64,000 nt of DNA from Squalus acanthias (taxonomy: Eukaryota). The stretch spans positions 6,200,001-6,264,000 of the forward strand of contig CM059432.1 of NCBI GenBank assembly GCA_030390025.1, written 5' to 3'. This document shows, one piece after another, positions 8,822-21,300 of the stretch; within the stretch, counting starts at the first letter, position 1, and the number at the start of each line of letters is the position of its first letter. The translations under genes and the position numbers were made by a program. A model generated the notes under the pieces. That model did no database searches. It worked only from the letters and a program-made list of their open reading frames with translations, and was not told the DNA's origin.

Positions 8822-11807
8822 TCATGTCCAATTTCCTGCCCGCTCCCCGTAACCCCTAATTCCCTTTACTTCTAGGAAACGGTCTATTTCTGTTTTAAAT
8901 TTATTTAATGATGTAGCTTCCACAGCTTCCTGGGGCAGCAAATTCCACAGACCTACTACCCTCTGAGTGAAGAAGTTTCTCCTCATCTCAGTTTTGAAAG
9001 AGCAGCCCCTTATTCTAAGATTATGCCCCCTAGTTCTAGTTTCACCCATCCTTGGGAACATCCTTACCGCATCCACCCGATCAAGCCCCTTCACAATCTT
9101 ATATGTTTCAATAAGATCGCCTCTCACTCTTCTGAACTCCAATGAGTAGAGTCCCAATCTACTCAACCTCTCCTCATATGTCCACCCCCTCATCCCGGGG
9201 ATTAACCGAGTGAACCTTCTTTGTACTGCCTCGAGAGCAAGTATGTCTTTTCTTAAGTATGGACACCAAAACTGTATGCAGTATTCCAGGTGCGGTCTCA
9301 CCAATACCTTATATAACTGCAGCAATACCTCCCTGTTTTTATAATCTATCCCCCTAGCAATAAAAGCCAACATTCCGTTGGCCTTCTTGATCACCTGCTG
9401 CACCTGCATACTAACTTTTTGATTTTCTTGCACTAGGACCCCCAGATCCCTTTGTACTGCAGTACTTTCCAGTTTCTCGCCATTAAGATAATAACTTGCT
9501 CTCTGATTTTTCCTGCCAAAGTGCATAACCTCACATTTTCCAATATTGTATTGCATCTGCCAAATCTCCGCCCACTCACCCAGCCTGTCTACATCCCCTT
9601 GTCGGTTTTTTATGTCGTCCTCACTCTCTACTTTCCCTCCCATCTTTGTATCATCTGCAAACTTTGATATGTTACGCTCGGTCCCCTCCTCCAAATCGTT
9701 AATATAGATTGTAAAGAGTTGGGGACCCAGCACCGACCCCTGCGGAACACCACTGGCTACTGGTTGCCAGTCCGAGAATGAACCATTTATCCCAACTCTC
9801 TGCTTCCTGTTAGATAACCAATCCTCCACCCGTGCCAGAATATTACCCCCAATCCAGTGATTTTTTATCTTGAGCAATAATCTTTTATGTGGCACCTTGT
9901 CGAATGCCTTCTGGAAGTCTAAATACACTACGTCCACTGGTTCCCCTTTATCCACCCTGTACGTTATGTCCTCAAAGAACTCAAGCAAATTTGTCAGACA
10001 TGACTTCCCCTTCATAAAGCCATGCTGACTCTGTCCTATTAAATTATGTTTATCTAAATGTTCCGTTACTGTCTCCTTAATAATAGACTCCAAAATTTTA
10101 CCCACCACAGTTGTTAGGGTAACTGGTCTATAATTTCCAGCCTTCTGCCTACTACCCTTTTTAAATAAGGGTGTTACATTAGCAGTTTTCCAATCTGCCG
10201 GGACCTTTGCTGAGTCCAGGGAATTTTGGAAAATTATTACCAAAGCATCCACAATCCCTACTGCCACTTCCCTCAAGACCCCAGGATGTAAGCCATCAGG
10301 TCATGGGGATTTATCCGCCTTGAGTCCCATTATTTTACTGAGTACCAATTCCTTAGTGATTTTAATCGTATTTAGCTCCTCCCCCCCTAGAGCCCCCTGT
10401 TTGTCCAGTGTTGGGATATTCTTACTGTCCTCTACCGTAAAGACTGAAACAAAATATTTGTTCAGCATTTTTGCCATCTCCATGTTTCCCACCATTAATT
10501 TCCCGGTCTCATCCTCTAAGGGACCTATGTTTGCCTTAGCCACCCTTTTTCTTTTTATATAACTAAAAAACTCTTGCTAACTGTTTTTATATTTTTTGCT
10601 AATTTATTTTCATAATCTGTCTTCCCTTTCTTAATCAATCCTTCAGTTACTTTTTGCTGTCTTTTGAAGTCTTCCCAATCTTCTATCCTCCCACTAAGTT
10701 TGGCTACCTTATAAGTCCTTGTTTTTAGTTGGATACTATCCTTAATTTCTTTACTGAGCCACGGATGGCTGTCATTTCTTTTACACCCTTTTTTCCTCAG
10801 TGGAATATATATTTTTTGAAAGTTGTAAAATAACTCCACTGCTCATGTACCGTCTTACCCTTTAATCTATTTTCCCAGTCCACTTTAATCAATTCCGCTC
10901 TCATACCATCATAGTCTCCTTTATTCAAGCTCGTTACGCTTGTTTGAGAACCAACCTTCTCACCCTCTAATTGGATATGGAATTCAACCATGTTATGGTC
11001 ACTCATTCCAAGGGGATCCTTAACTAGGACATTATTAATTAATCCTGACTCATTACACAGGACCAGGTCCAAGGTTGCTTGCCCCCTTGTAGGATCAGTT
11101 ACATACTGCTCAAGAGATCCATCCCTAATACACTCAATAAACTCTTCCTCAAGGCTGCCCTGCCCAATTTGATTTGTCCAGTTAATATGATAGTTAAAAT
11201 ACCCCATAATTATAGCTGTTCCCTTATTACAAGCCCCAACTATTTCCTGATTAATACTTCTTCCAGCAGAGTTGCAACTATTAGGAGCCCTATATACTAC
11301 TCCCACTAGTGTTTTTTCCCCCTTATTATTCCTTATCTCCACCCAAACTGTTTCATTATCCTGATCCTTTGACCCAATATCATTTCTCTGTAATACATTG
11401 ATTCCTTCCTTTATTAACATAGCCACCCCACCTCCTCTTCCTTCCTGCTTGTCCTTCCTGATTGTTAAATACCCTGGTATATTTAATTCCCAGTCGTTGT
11501 CACCCTGCAGCCATGTTTCTGTAATGGCCACAAGATCATACCCATACGTAGTTATTTGTACCGTCAACTCATCTATTTTGTTACGAATGCTGCGTGCATT
11601 CAGATAAAGAACTTTTAAATATGTTTTGTGACAATTAATTCCAGCTTTTACCCCCTTTACTACTTTACCCTTATCTTTATATATTCTGTCCCTTCCTGAC
11701 ACGCTCTGGTTTTTAATTACCCCACTGCTACTTTGCTCTATTGCCTTCTCCGCTGACATTTTTATTTTTAACTCTCTTGAAACCTCCCCCCCACTAATTA
11801 GTTTAAA
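8822..11807 (-). pseudogene. CR1-B ORF2 (APE endonuclease + reverse transcriptase), several frameshifts
   Basis: ORF pieces 10797-11759, 10555-10839, 10301-10543, 8822-10276; motifs [25 protein letters not shown]. Confidence 0.95.
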
Positions 11808-12753
11808 GCCCTCTCTGCAGCCCTAGTTATTCGATTCGCCAGGACTCTAGTCCCAGCACTGGCCAAGTGAAGACCGTCCCAACGGAACAGCTCTCTCCTG
11901 TCCCAGTACTGGTGCCAGTGTCCCAGGAAGCAAAACCCATTTCTCCCACACCAGTCTTTGAGCCACGCATTTAACTCTCTGATTTTATTTACCCTAGCCA
12001 AATTTGCTCGTGGCTCAGGTAGTAATCCAGAGATTACTACCCTAGAGGTTCTGTTTTTTAATTTGGCCCCTAGCTGCTCATACTCCCTCAGCAGAACCTC
12101 ATTCCTTGTCCTATCTATGTCATTGGTACCAACATGGACCACGACAACTGGATCTTCCCCCTCCCACTCCAAGTTTCTCTCCAGCCCAGAGGAGATGTCC
12201 TTAACCCTGGCACCGGGCAGGTAACACAGCCTTCGGGACTCTCGCTCTCGGCTGCAAAGAACCCTATCTATCCCCTTAATGATACTATCCCCTACCACTA
12301 CAACATTTCTTTTTACTCCCCCCAATGAATGGCTCCACGTACCACGGTGCTGTGGCCAGGTTGCTCATCCTCCCTGCAGTCCCTGCTCCCGTCCTCACAG
12401 GGAGTAAGAGCCTCGAACCTGTTGGACAAGAGCAAGGGCTGCGGCTCCTCCAACACTACCTCCTGGATCCCCGTACCTGCCTCATTCGTAGTCACACCCT
12501 CCTGTCCCTGACCACGGGCTACATCTGAATTAGTTAATCTAATTGGTGTGACTACCTCCTGGAACACAGAGTCCAGGTAACTCTCCCCCTCCCTGATGTG
12601 TCGCAGTGTTTGAAGCTCGGACTCCAGCTCATCAACACGGAGCCAGAGTTCCTCGAGCAGCCAACACTTACTGCAAATGTGATCACCGTGAACATCAATG
12701 GTGTCCACCAGCTCCCACATATTGCAGCAGCAACACATCACCTGCTCTCCCAT
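11798..12753 (-). pseudogene. CR1-B ORF1 (zinc finger, coiled coil, SGNH esterase), one frameshift near 12320
   Basis: CxxC..CxxC N-terminus; VVGDSII, VGTND, DGLH; ends ERALN*. Confidence 0.9.
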
Positions 12754-12821
12754 TCTATGTAATTAATTAAATTTATTAATATTATTTACCCTTTAATTAA
12801 TTTAAATTAAAACAATACACT

Positions 12822-12926
12822 TCTATGACAGTTTGATCTGAGTCTCTTCACTCCATCCTATGATAGTTTGATCTGAGTCTCCTCACTCCGACCTGTGACA
12901 GTTTGATCTGAGTCTCTTCACTCCGT
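12822..12926. repeat. Three ~35-bp tandem monomers at the 5' end of CR1-B
   Basis: (ct(a/g)tgacagtttgatctgagtctcttcactcc..)x3, inside the TSD. Confidence 0.9.
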
Positions 12927-12928
12927 CG

Positions 12929-13390
12929 TGGGACGTGGGCATCGCATTTATTGCTCATCCCTAATTGCCCTTGAGAAGGTGGTGGTGAACCGCCTTCTTG
13001 AACCGCTGCAATCCGTGTGGTGAAGGTGCTCCCACAGCGCTGACTTTGTCGTAGCGGTTTGGTACAACTGAGTGTCTTACCAGGCCATTTCAGAGGGCAG
13101 TTAAAGGTTAACCATATTGCTGTGGGTCTGGAGTCACATATAGGCCAGACCGGGTAAGGGCGGCAGGTTTCCTTCCCTAAAGGACATTAGTGAACCAGTT
13201 GGGTTTTTATGACAATCCGGTAGTTTCATGGTCACCATTAGTGATACTAGCTTTTTAATTCCAGATTTATTTAATTAACCGAATTTAAATTCCCCAGCTG
13301 CCGTGGTGGGATTTAAACTCACATCTCCGGATTATTAGTCCAGGCCTCTGGATTACTGGTCCAGTAACATAACCACTATACTACCGTACC
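12929..13390 (-). mobile_element. Second tRNA-derived SINE family sharing its 3' tail with a CR1 family
   Basis: Head ggtacggtagtatagtggttatgttactggaccagtaatccag...gtttaaatcccacc; tail matches 34640-34790 and 58440-58580; extreme tail displaced to ~8597-8628 by CR1-B. Confidence 0.75.
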
Positions 13391-13570
13391 TACCGATCTT
13401 GTGACAAAAGGGACCTCAATGGAGATTATATTTAAGGGTTTTTTTTCTTCAAAAAATCATGCAGAAAGGTTCCTGGAGGTGTGACCTCCAACTTCCCCAC
13501 CCGATCATTCCTGTCATTGGTCGCCCAACATGTCCATCCTCGCGGTGCCCCGCCTTCCCACGGTCAATCA

Positions 13571-14015
13571 GAAAGAAAGAAAGACTTGCATTCATATAGC
13601 ATCTTTCACGACTACCAGACGTCCCAAAGTGCTTCACAGCCAATGAAGTGCTTTTTTTTTTAGGTGTCGTCACTGTTGTAATGTAGGAAACGCAGCAGCC
13701 AATTTGCACACAGCAAGCTCCCACAAACAGCAATATGATAATGACTGGATAATCTGTTTTAGTGATGTTGATTGAGGGATAAATATTGGCCAGGACACCA
13801 GGGAGAACTCCCCTGCTCTTCTTTGAAATAGTGCCATGGGATCTTTTACATCCACCTGAGAGGGCAGACAGGGCCTCAGTTTAACGTCAGGTCTGACAGT
13901 GCAGCACTCCCTCAGCACTGCACTGGAGTGTCAGCCTAGACTTTTGTCGCTCCAGTCTCTGGAGTGGGACTTGAACCCACAACCTTCTGACTCAGATCGC
14001 ACTGAACCACGGCTG
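13571..14015 (-). mobile_element. DeuSINE
   Basis: Near-complete reverse copy. Confidence 0.9.
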
Positions 14016-14243
14016 CCGTAAATAGAATCTTCATTACCCGATTGGATGATTCTTGACTGTCAGTCAAACAGCCTTTTTTCCCATGTCCAATATTTTAATA
14101 ACTAGTAAACAGAAGTGTTCAAAGAATTTTTTTTTAAAACAATTTTTTTGATTGCCCCAATGATTTTTTTCCAGGGGTGCTCGAAGCAGTGTCCTCGACA
14201 ATAGTCTTAAATTCCTGGAGACTCCAGGGCAATCCTGGAGGGT

Positions 14244-14695
14244 TCATAGAATCATAGAAATTTACGGCACAGAAGGAGGCCATTCAGCCCATCGTTCTGT
14301 GCCGGCCGAAAAAGAGCTATCCAGCCAAATCCCACATTCCAGCTCTTGGTCCGTAGCCGTGCAGGTTACAGCACTTCAAGTGCATATCCAAGTACTTTTT
14401 AAATGCGATGAGAGTTTCTGCCTCTACCACCCTTTCAGGGAGTGAGTTCCAGACCCCAACACCCTCTGGGTGAAAAAGGTTTTCCTCAACTCCCCTCTAT
14501 TCCTTCTACCAATTACTTTAAATCTATGATCCCTGGTTACTGACCTCTCTGCTAAGGGAAATAGGTCCTTCCTATACACTCTATCTAGGCCCCTCATAAT
14601 TTTATACACCTCAATTAAATCTCCCCCAGCCTCCTCTGTTCCAAAGAAAACAACCCAGCCTATTCAACCCTTCCTCATAGCTAAAATTCTCCAGT
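14244..14695 (-). mobile_element. CR1 3' fragment
   Basis: YKIMRGLDRVYRKDLFPLAE...FFTQRV; ttctatga tail. Confidence 0.85.
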
Positions 14696-15351
14696 TGGCA
14701 AACCTCGGTGTATATTTTATAATGATCATGTGTTCACTGTCCTAGCCAGCTTTCAATGTTCTTTATGAGAAGCCAAGTGAATGACTAACATCTTCAGAGT
14801 AAACTGCCATCAAGGGTTGAAAGAGTGTGGAGGCGAAGATATGGTAAAACGGAGCAAGTGACACTAAGCTTAGGTTTTTAAAACTTCATTTTGCAGTGGA
14901 TGCAAAGCCTTGGGGGCGCGGAGGGGGGTAAGGAGTTCTACAGTTATGAAGTCATGGAAAAGTATGAGTTAGTACAGTTTCATAAACCATGATTTCAACA
15001 CAGTGAGAGAGGTGGAAAAGTGTGTAGCATGTGAATTTGAAGCTGAGGAGGAATAAGAGGCAAGTTTGGAGGAGTACTGGCCATGATAATAATATCAACA
15101 AAATAGAGAGAGACAAGAAAGATTACAACAGAGCAAAGTCAGGTGCTAGGGCTGGGGAAATCATCCCCTTTCAGAAGACAAACATTTTCTTGTGTTGTTC
15201 CCCGCCCACCTCCCATGAGTGTAAGAGAAGTTTTAATAGCTTCCCTGCAGTATTGAAGTATTACATGTACTTAGGCTTTATTAGCGAGTTAAGAGTTGTT
15301 GAGGAGCAAAGAAATGTTGAGCATGGAAGAGGAAGTTTAGCTGAAAAGATT

Positions 15352-15790
15352 CAGCCTTGGCTCAGAAGTAGCACTCTCGCCTCTGAGTCAGAAGGATGTT
15401 GGTTGGTTCACAATCCCACTCCAGGGGTTTGAGCACATAGCCTAGGCAGACACTTCAGTGCAGTACTGAATGAGTGATGCACTGTTGAAGATGCCATCTT
15501 TTGGATGGGATGTTAAACTGAGACTCCATCTGCCCTCTCAAGTGAACATAAAATATCCCATTGCATTATTCAAAGTAGAGCAGGGAAGTTCTGTCTGGTG
15601 TCTTGTCCAATATTTATCCTTCAGCCAACATCACTAAAACAGATTATCTGGTCATTATTATTTCATTCTGTTTCTGGGAGCTTCCTATGCACAAATTGGC
15701 TGCCACGTTTCCTTACATGACAACTTTTAAAGTATTTCTTTGGAACATCCTGAGGTCATGAAAGGCACGATATCAATGTTAGTTCTTTTT
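15352..15790 (+). mobile_element. DeuSINE, diverged
   Basis: Head cagccttggctcagaagtagcactctcgcctctgagtcagaagg; colinear with other copies. Confidence 0.85.
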
Positions 15791-16406
15791 TTCGTTCAGA
15801 AGACAGCCTTAGCAATGTCTTGTGGTCCTATCTTCCTGCCCTACTTTAAAGTGATGTTCATGGTTTAGCTTCACTATGCCATTATTATTTTATATTCCTG
15901 GATGTGTTCACCATCACCCTTCCCCGAGGTGGGAGTTATTAGTTGAACCCACAAGACACACAAAGAAATTTTGTCTTTGAGGAATTGAAATAAACAAGAT
16001 TTTTATTTCCATATCAAAGGGCATGAAGAGGATTTAATGTCCTTTGATGTTGTGATTCAGTCATTTCAATGCAAGAAGAAAAAAGGTTATGTGATCTGAA
16101 GAAATTTACTGAATATAAAGTGGAATCATCAGAAAACAGTAAAGATGTCGAGAACATAAATGGAGGAAGTCATTGATTTGAAAAATGAACAGATTTTCTA
16201 GGGAAGCCCTCAGTTAACAGAAAAGATCCAGAGAATGATCCTTCAACTACAGAACAGATAGTATGAGTTGAGAAGAAACTAGACAGCTGTGAGCATAGCT
16301 TTGGAGGAGCCATTTCATTGTAACTCATTTAAAAATTTGCATACATTAAGTAACATACATTTGCAAAGAATGGAGATGTCCAAAACAATGACAACTGATA
16401 AACTAA

Positions 16407-17302
16407 GGGGTAAAAATTCACTTGGTTGCGCCACCCGTTAGCGCCTTAAGAGGGCGCTAATGGGGCGCAAAGCCGCTAACGCCCGGCCGCAGCGATGTTT
16501 GCGCCGCTCGAGAACTTAACTTGAGATTGTGCGGCGGCGCTAAAACTTACCACTGCGACCACCTGCGCGCGCAGATTGTGACGTCATTCCATGGTGCAAC
16601 GCCCTTGGGGCGCCCCGTAGCGGAAATTGAGTGGCGCCCCCTGCCTTACCGCCTGGCGCTTCCAACGACCAGAAGACTGGAACGCTATCAATCGCTGTGG
16701 GGCTGGGGGGGGGGGCGCTATTTAAAGGGGGCCTCTTCCTGTCTTTTATTGTTGGTGGCATTTTTGAACTAAGCATTCTGAGAGAGAGAGGGAGAGACTT
16801 CTGGAGAGATTCAACGTTGTGTGAAGGAGTTTTGGGTACTGAGCAGCACTTTGCAGGTTCATTTTGATTTGCCATTCCTTGTATCGATTTAGCAGAGACC
16901 GTGGGAGCTGCACTCTGAGCTCTTTGCCTGGTGCTCTCCATTGTTCTTTCCAGCACATTTGATGTGCAAGTCTCTCCAGGCCGAGATTCAAGGCAGCAAT
17001 GAACAGGATGTGGATGGAAAGCAAGATTAACCATCCCCTTTAAGAACTGGCCCGTGCCATTGTGTGTGTGTTCCATTGCTGACTGACATTACATGAGCTT
17101 CGCCAGCGCTCCGAGTTAGCGCCTCACTGCTCGGCCTTTGCGCCTTAAGAGAGGTGTGCAGCACCTGCTTTAGCGCTCCACTCACCTCCCGGGGCGGTAA
17201 AAGTGAAGTTTCCCGTCAGTGCCGATAATTAGCGCCAGGCGCTAATATTTGCGTCCGGACGATATTTGCGCCCCAAATGGGGCGCGACCTAATTTCTACC
17301 CC
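16407..17302. mobile_element. Non-autonomous PIF/Harbinger element, copy 1 (896 bp)
   Basis: TIR ggggtaaaaatt / aatttctacccc; 3-bp TSD TAA; many gcgcc/ggcgc subterminal repeats; homologous to 43811-44703. Confidence 0.9.
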
Positions 17303-17928
17303 TAAGTGTTCAAGAGCAGAGTTGCAGAGGTGCATAACATAAGCAAAAACATTACCAATGGAGCGTCCATGCCAAAAACAATATTGGCAATTGTGGATTA
17401 GGCCAGAATTTGAGCGATAAAGGCAGCTTCCATAACTTTAGAAAGATTGAATGAGATTTCCTTTTGAAATGTGGGTCAAGCATCCCAAATGAATGGATTA
17501 AATGTGTACTATCATATTCTAATAATGAATCATTAAATGGAGTCCATCCAAATTTGGACGCATTTTTGAGAGAACTGTCCAGAAACATTCTAAAATATAA
17601 ATCAGATGCCGAATATTTTTTTTAAAGAGTGATTTCCTACATTTTATGTCATATCTGGTGGTTACAGCTGGGGATAATGCCTAAATCCAGTTCAGGATTT
17701 GGCAAATGATAGGAAAAAGAAATTACATAGGATTACATAGGATATACAGCACAGAAACAGGTCATTCGGCCAAACCAGTCCATGCCGGCATTTATGCTCC
17801 ACTCGAGCCTCCTCCCGTGTTTCCTCATCTAACTCTATCAGCATAACCCTCTATTCCTTTCTCCCTCATATGCTTGTCTAGTCTCCCCTTAAATGCATCT
17901 ATACTATTCGCTTCAACCACTCCCTGTG

Positions 17929-18388
17929 AAAGAAAAGAAAGAAAGCCTTGCATTTATATAGCGCATTTCACGGCCACCGGACGTCTCAAAGCACTTTACA
18001 GTCAACAAAGTACTTTTTTGAAGTGTAGTCACTGTTGTAATATAGGAAACATGGCAGCCAATTTGCACACAGCAAGCTCTCACAAACAGCAATGTGATAA
18101 TGACCAGATAATCTGTTTTAGTGATGTTGATTGAGGGATAAATATTGACCAAGACACCAAAGATAACTCCCCTGCTCTTCTTCAAAATAGTGCCATGGGA
18201 TCTTTTACATCCACCTGAAAGAGCAGACAGGGCCTCGATTTAACATCTCATCTAAAAAACAGCACCTCCAACAGTACACCACTCCCTCAGTACTGCACTG
18301 GAGTGTTAGCCTAGATTTTTGTGATCAGGTCACTGGAGTGGGACTTGAACCCACAACCTTCAAACCAACTGAGCCAGTGGCTGACACA
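17929..18388 (-). mobile_element. DeuSINE nested in CR1-E
   Basis: Reverse copy, tail aagaaaagaaagaaag. Confidence 0.9.
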
Positions 18389-21300
18389 GTGATAGCAAGT
18401 TTCACATTCTCACCACTCTGGGTAAAGACGTTTCTTCTGAATTCCCTATTTGACTTCTTGGTGACTTTCTTATATTGATGGCCTCTAGTTATGCTCGTCC
18501 CCACAAGTGGAAACATTCTCTCTGTATCTACTCTATCAAAACCTCTCATAATTTTAACAACCTCTATTTGGTCACTCCTCAGCCCTCTCTTTTCAAGAGT
18601 AAAGAGACCCAGCCTGTTCATCCTTTCCTGATAGTTATAGCCTCGTATTTCTGATATTATCCTTGTCGATCTTTTTTGTACCCTCTCCAGTGCCTCTATA
18701 TCCTTTTTATAATATGGTGACCAGAATTGCACACAGTACTCCAAGTGTGGTCTAACCAAGGTTCGATACAATCTAATTTTCAATAACTTCTCTACTTTTC
18801 AATTCTATCACTCTAGAAATAAGCCATAGTGCTTGGTTTGCTTTTTTATGGCCTTAGTGACCTGTGTCGCTACTTTTAGTGATTTGTATATTTGTACTCC
18901 GAGATCCCTTTGCTCTTCTACCCCATTTAGATTCTTATTTTCCAAGTAATATGTGACCTCCTTATTTTTCTTACCAAAATGTAATACCTCGCATTTATCT
19001 GTGTTGTAAATCATTTGCCAATTATAAGCCCATTCTGCAAGTTTATTAATGTCTTTTTGTAATTTGTTGCAGTCCTCCTCAGTATTGACTATCCCCCCTC
19101 CCACCCAATCTGGTGTCATCTGCAAATTTACAAATTGTGTGTTTTATTCCAAAGTCTAAATCATTAATATAAATTGTGAACAACATTGGTCCCAGCACTG
19201 ATCCTTGTGGGACCCCACTTTCCACCCTCTACCACTGAATAGCTATCCTTTATCTCTACTCTCTGCTTTCTGTCTTGAAGCCAACTGGTTATCCATTCTG
19301 CTACTTGTCTCCTGACTCTGCAATCTCTGACCTTATTCATTAATCTATTATGTGGTACCTTGTCAAAGGCCTTTGGAAATCTAGATAAATTACATCTGCT
19401 GCATTACCCTTGTCTACTCTCTCTTTTAACTCGTCAAAGAATTCAATGAGGTTGGTCAAGCAAAACTTTCCCTTTTGAAATCTGACTTCATTGTTATATT
19501 TTTGGTTTCTAGATGTTCTTCTATTTTTTCCTTCAGTAGGGATTCCATTATTTATTCTACCACCGATGTTAAGCAGAACATTCTGAGGGGGGGAGGGTGA
19601 ACAGCCAGAGGTCATGGTCCATATCGGTACCAACGACATAGGTAGAAAGAGGGATGAGGTCCTGCAGGCAGATTTCAGGGAGCTAGGAAAGAGATTAAAA
19701 AGCAGGACCTCAAAGGTAGTAATCTCTGGATTACTCCTGGTGCCACGCGCGAGTGAGTATAGAAATAGGAGGATAGAGCAGATGAATGCGTGGCTGGAGA
19801 GATGGTGCAGGAGGGAGGGCTTCAGATTCCTGGGGCATTGGGGCCGGTTCTGTACAGGCCGAATGGGTTGCACCTCAACAGAGCCGGTACCAATATCCTC
19901 ATGGGGAGGTTTGCTAGTGCTGTTGGGGAGGGTTGAAACTAAGTTGGCAGGGGGATAGGCACCAGAAAGGAGAAACAAAGGGCACAAAGGATTGGGAGAG
20001 GCGGATAGCACTAAAGTAAGAAATAGTAAGGTATTAGGTGGGGTCAGACTAAGAGAGAAAACAGGATGGTCTAACGCACAAAGCATAGTAAACAAGGTAA
20101 GTGAGCTGCAGGCACAAATAGCCACATGGGAATATGATATCATGGCAATAATGGAGACCTGGCTCAAAATACATTGGAATGGGTATTAAATATTCCTGGA
20201 TATAAGGCATTCAGGAAAGATAGGGAAGGAAAGATAGGAGGTGGTGTGGCAGTATTGGTTAAGGAGAATGTTACAGTGCTGGAGAGAGAGGATGTCCTGG
20301 AGGGGTTAAGGACAGAATCTATATGCCTAGAGTTAAGAAATAATAGAGGTGCCATTAGACCACTAGGTGTATTCTATAGGCCACCAACTAGTGGGAAAAA
20401 TATGGAAGAGCAAATTTGCAGAGAAATTACACAGAGATGCAAGAACGATAGAGTAGTGATAATGGGGGACTTCAACTATCCTAATATAGACTGGGATAGT
20501 AAATTGTAAAGGGCAGAGAGGGGGAAGAATTTCTGAAGTGTGTTCAGGAGAACTTTCTTGATCAGTATGTTTCCAGCCCAACGAGGAAGGAGGCATTGCT
20601 GGATCTGGTTCTGGGGAATGAGGTAGGTCAAGTGGAGCAAATGTCAGCAGGTGAACATTTAGGGAACAGTGACCATAGTATCATAAGGTTTAGATTAGCT
20701 ATGGAAAAGGACAGGAGCAATCTAGAGTAAAAATACTTAATTGGAGGAAGGCCAATTTCAGTGGGATGAGAATGGATCTGGCCCGGGTAAATTGGAATCA
20801 AAGATTAGCACGCAAAACTGTAATGGAACAATGGGCTGCCTTCAAAGAGGAAATAGTTTGGATACAGTCGAGGTACATTCCCACTAGGGGGAAAGGTAGG
20901 GCAACTAACGTCAGAGCTCCCTGGATGACGAAAGAGATAGAGAGTAAGATGAAGCAGAAAAAGAGCGCTTATGACAGATGTCAGGTCGAGAATACATCTG
21001 AGAATCAGGCTAAATATACAAAGTTCAGAGGAGAACTGAAAAAGAAAATAAGAGGGGCAAAAAGAGGGTATGAGAATAGAATGGCAGCTAACATACAAGA
21101 TAATCCAAAAGTCTTCTATAGGCATATAAATAGTAAACGGGTAGTAAGAGGAGGGGTGAGCCCGACTAGGGACCAAAAAGGAGACCTACGCATGGAGACA
21201 GAGGATATGGCTGAGGTGCTAAATGAGTACTTTGCATCTGTCTTCACCAAGGAAGAAGATGCTGCCATAGGCATAATGAAGGAGGAGGTAGAGGAGATAC

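Larger units (their letters stand above)
8629..12928 (-). mobile_element. CR1 LINE copy B, near full length (4.3 kb)
   Basis: 5' tandem monomers, ORF1, ORF2 and (ttcttatg)n tail; TSD tgggac (8623-8628 / 12929-12934) inside a SINE tail. Confidence 0.95.

Noticed and set aside
12822..12926. Three ~35-bp direct repeats as a CRISPR array
   Set aside because: No unique spacers of suitable length, eukaryotic context, no cas genes; lies inside the CR1-B TSD
13290..13390. tRNA genes at SINE heads (also 55777, 57561)
   Set aside because: Degenerate tRNA-derived SINE promoters without an intact cloverleaf
14760..15340. Unique coding region (ORF 15031-15432)
   Set aside because: Minus strand resembles a very old LINE 3' end and the ORF runs into a SINE; too decayed to call
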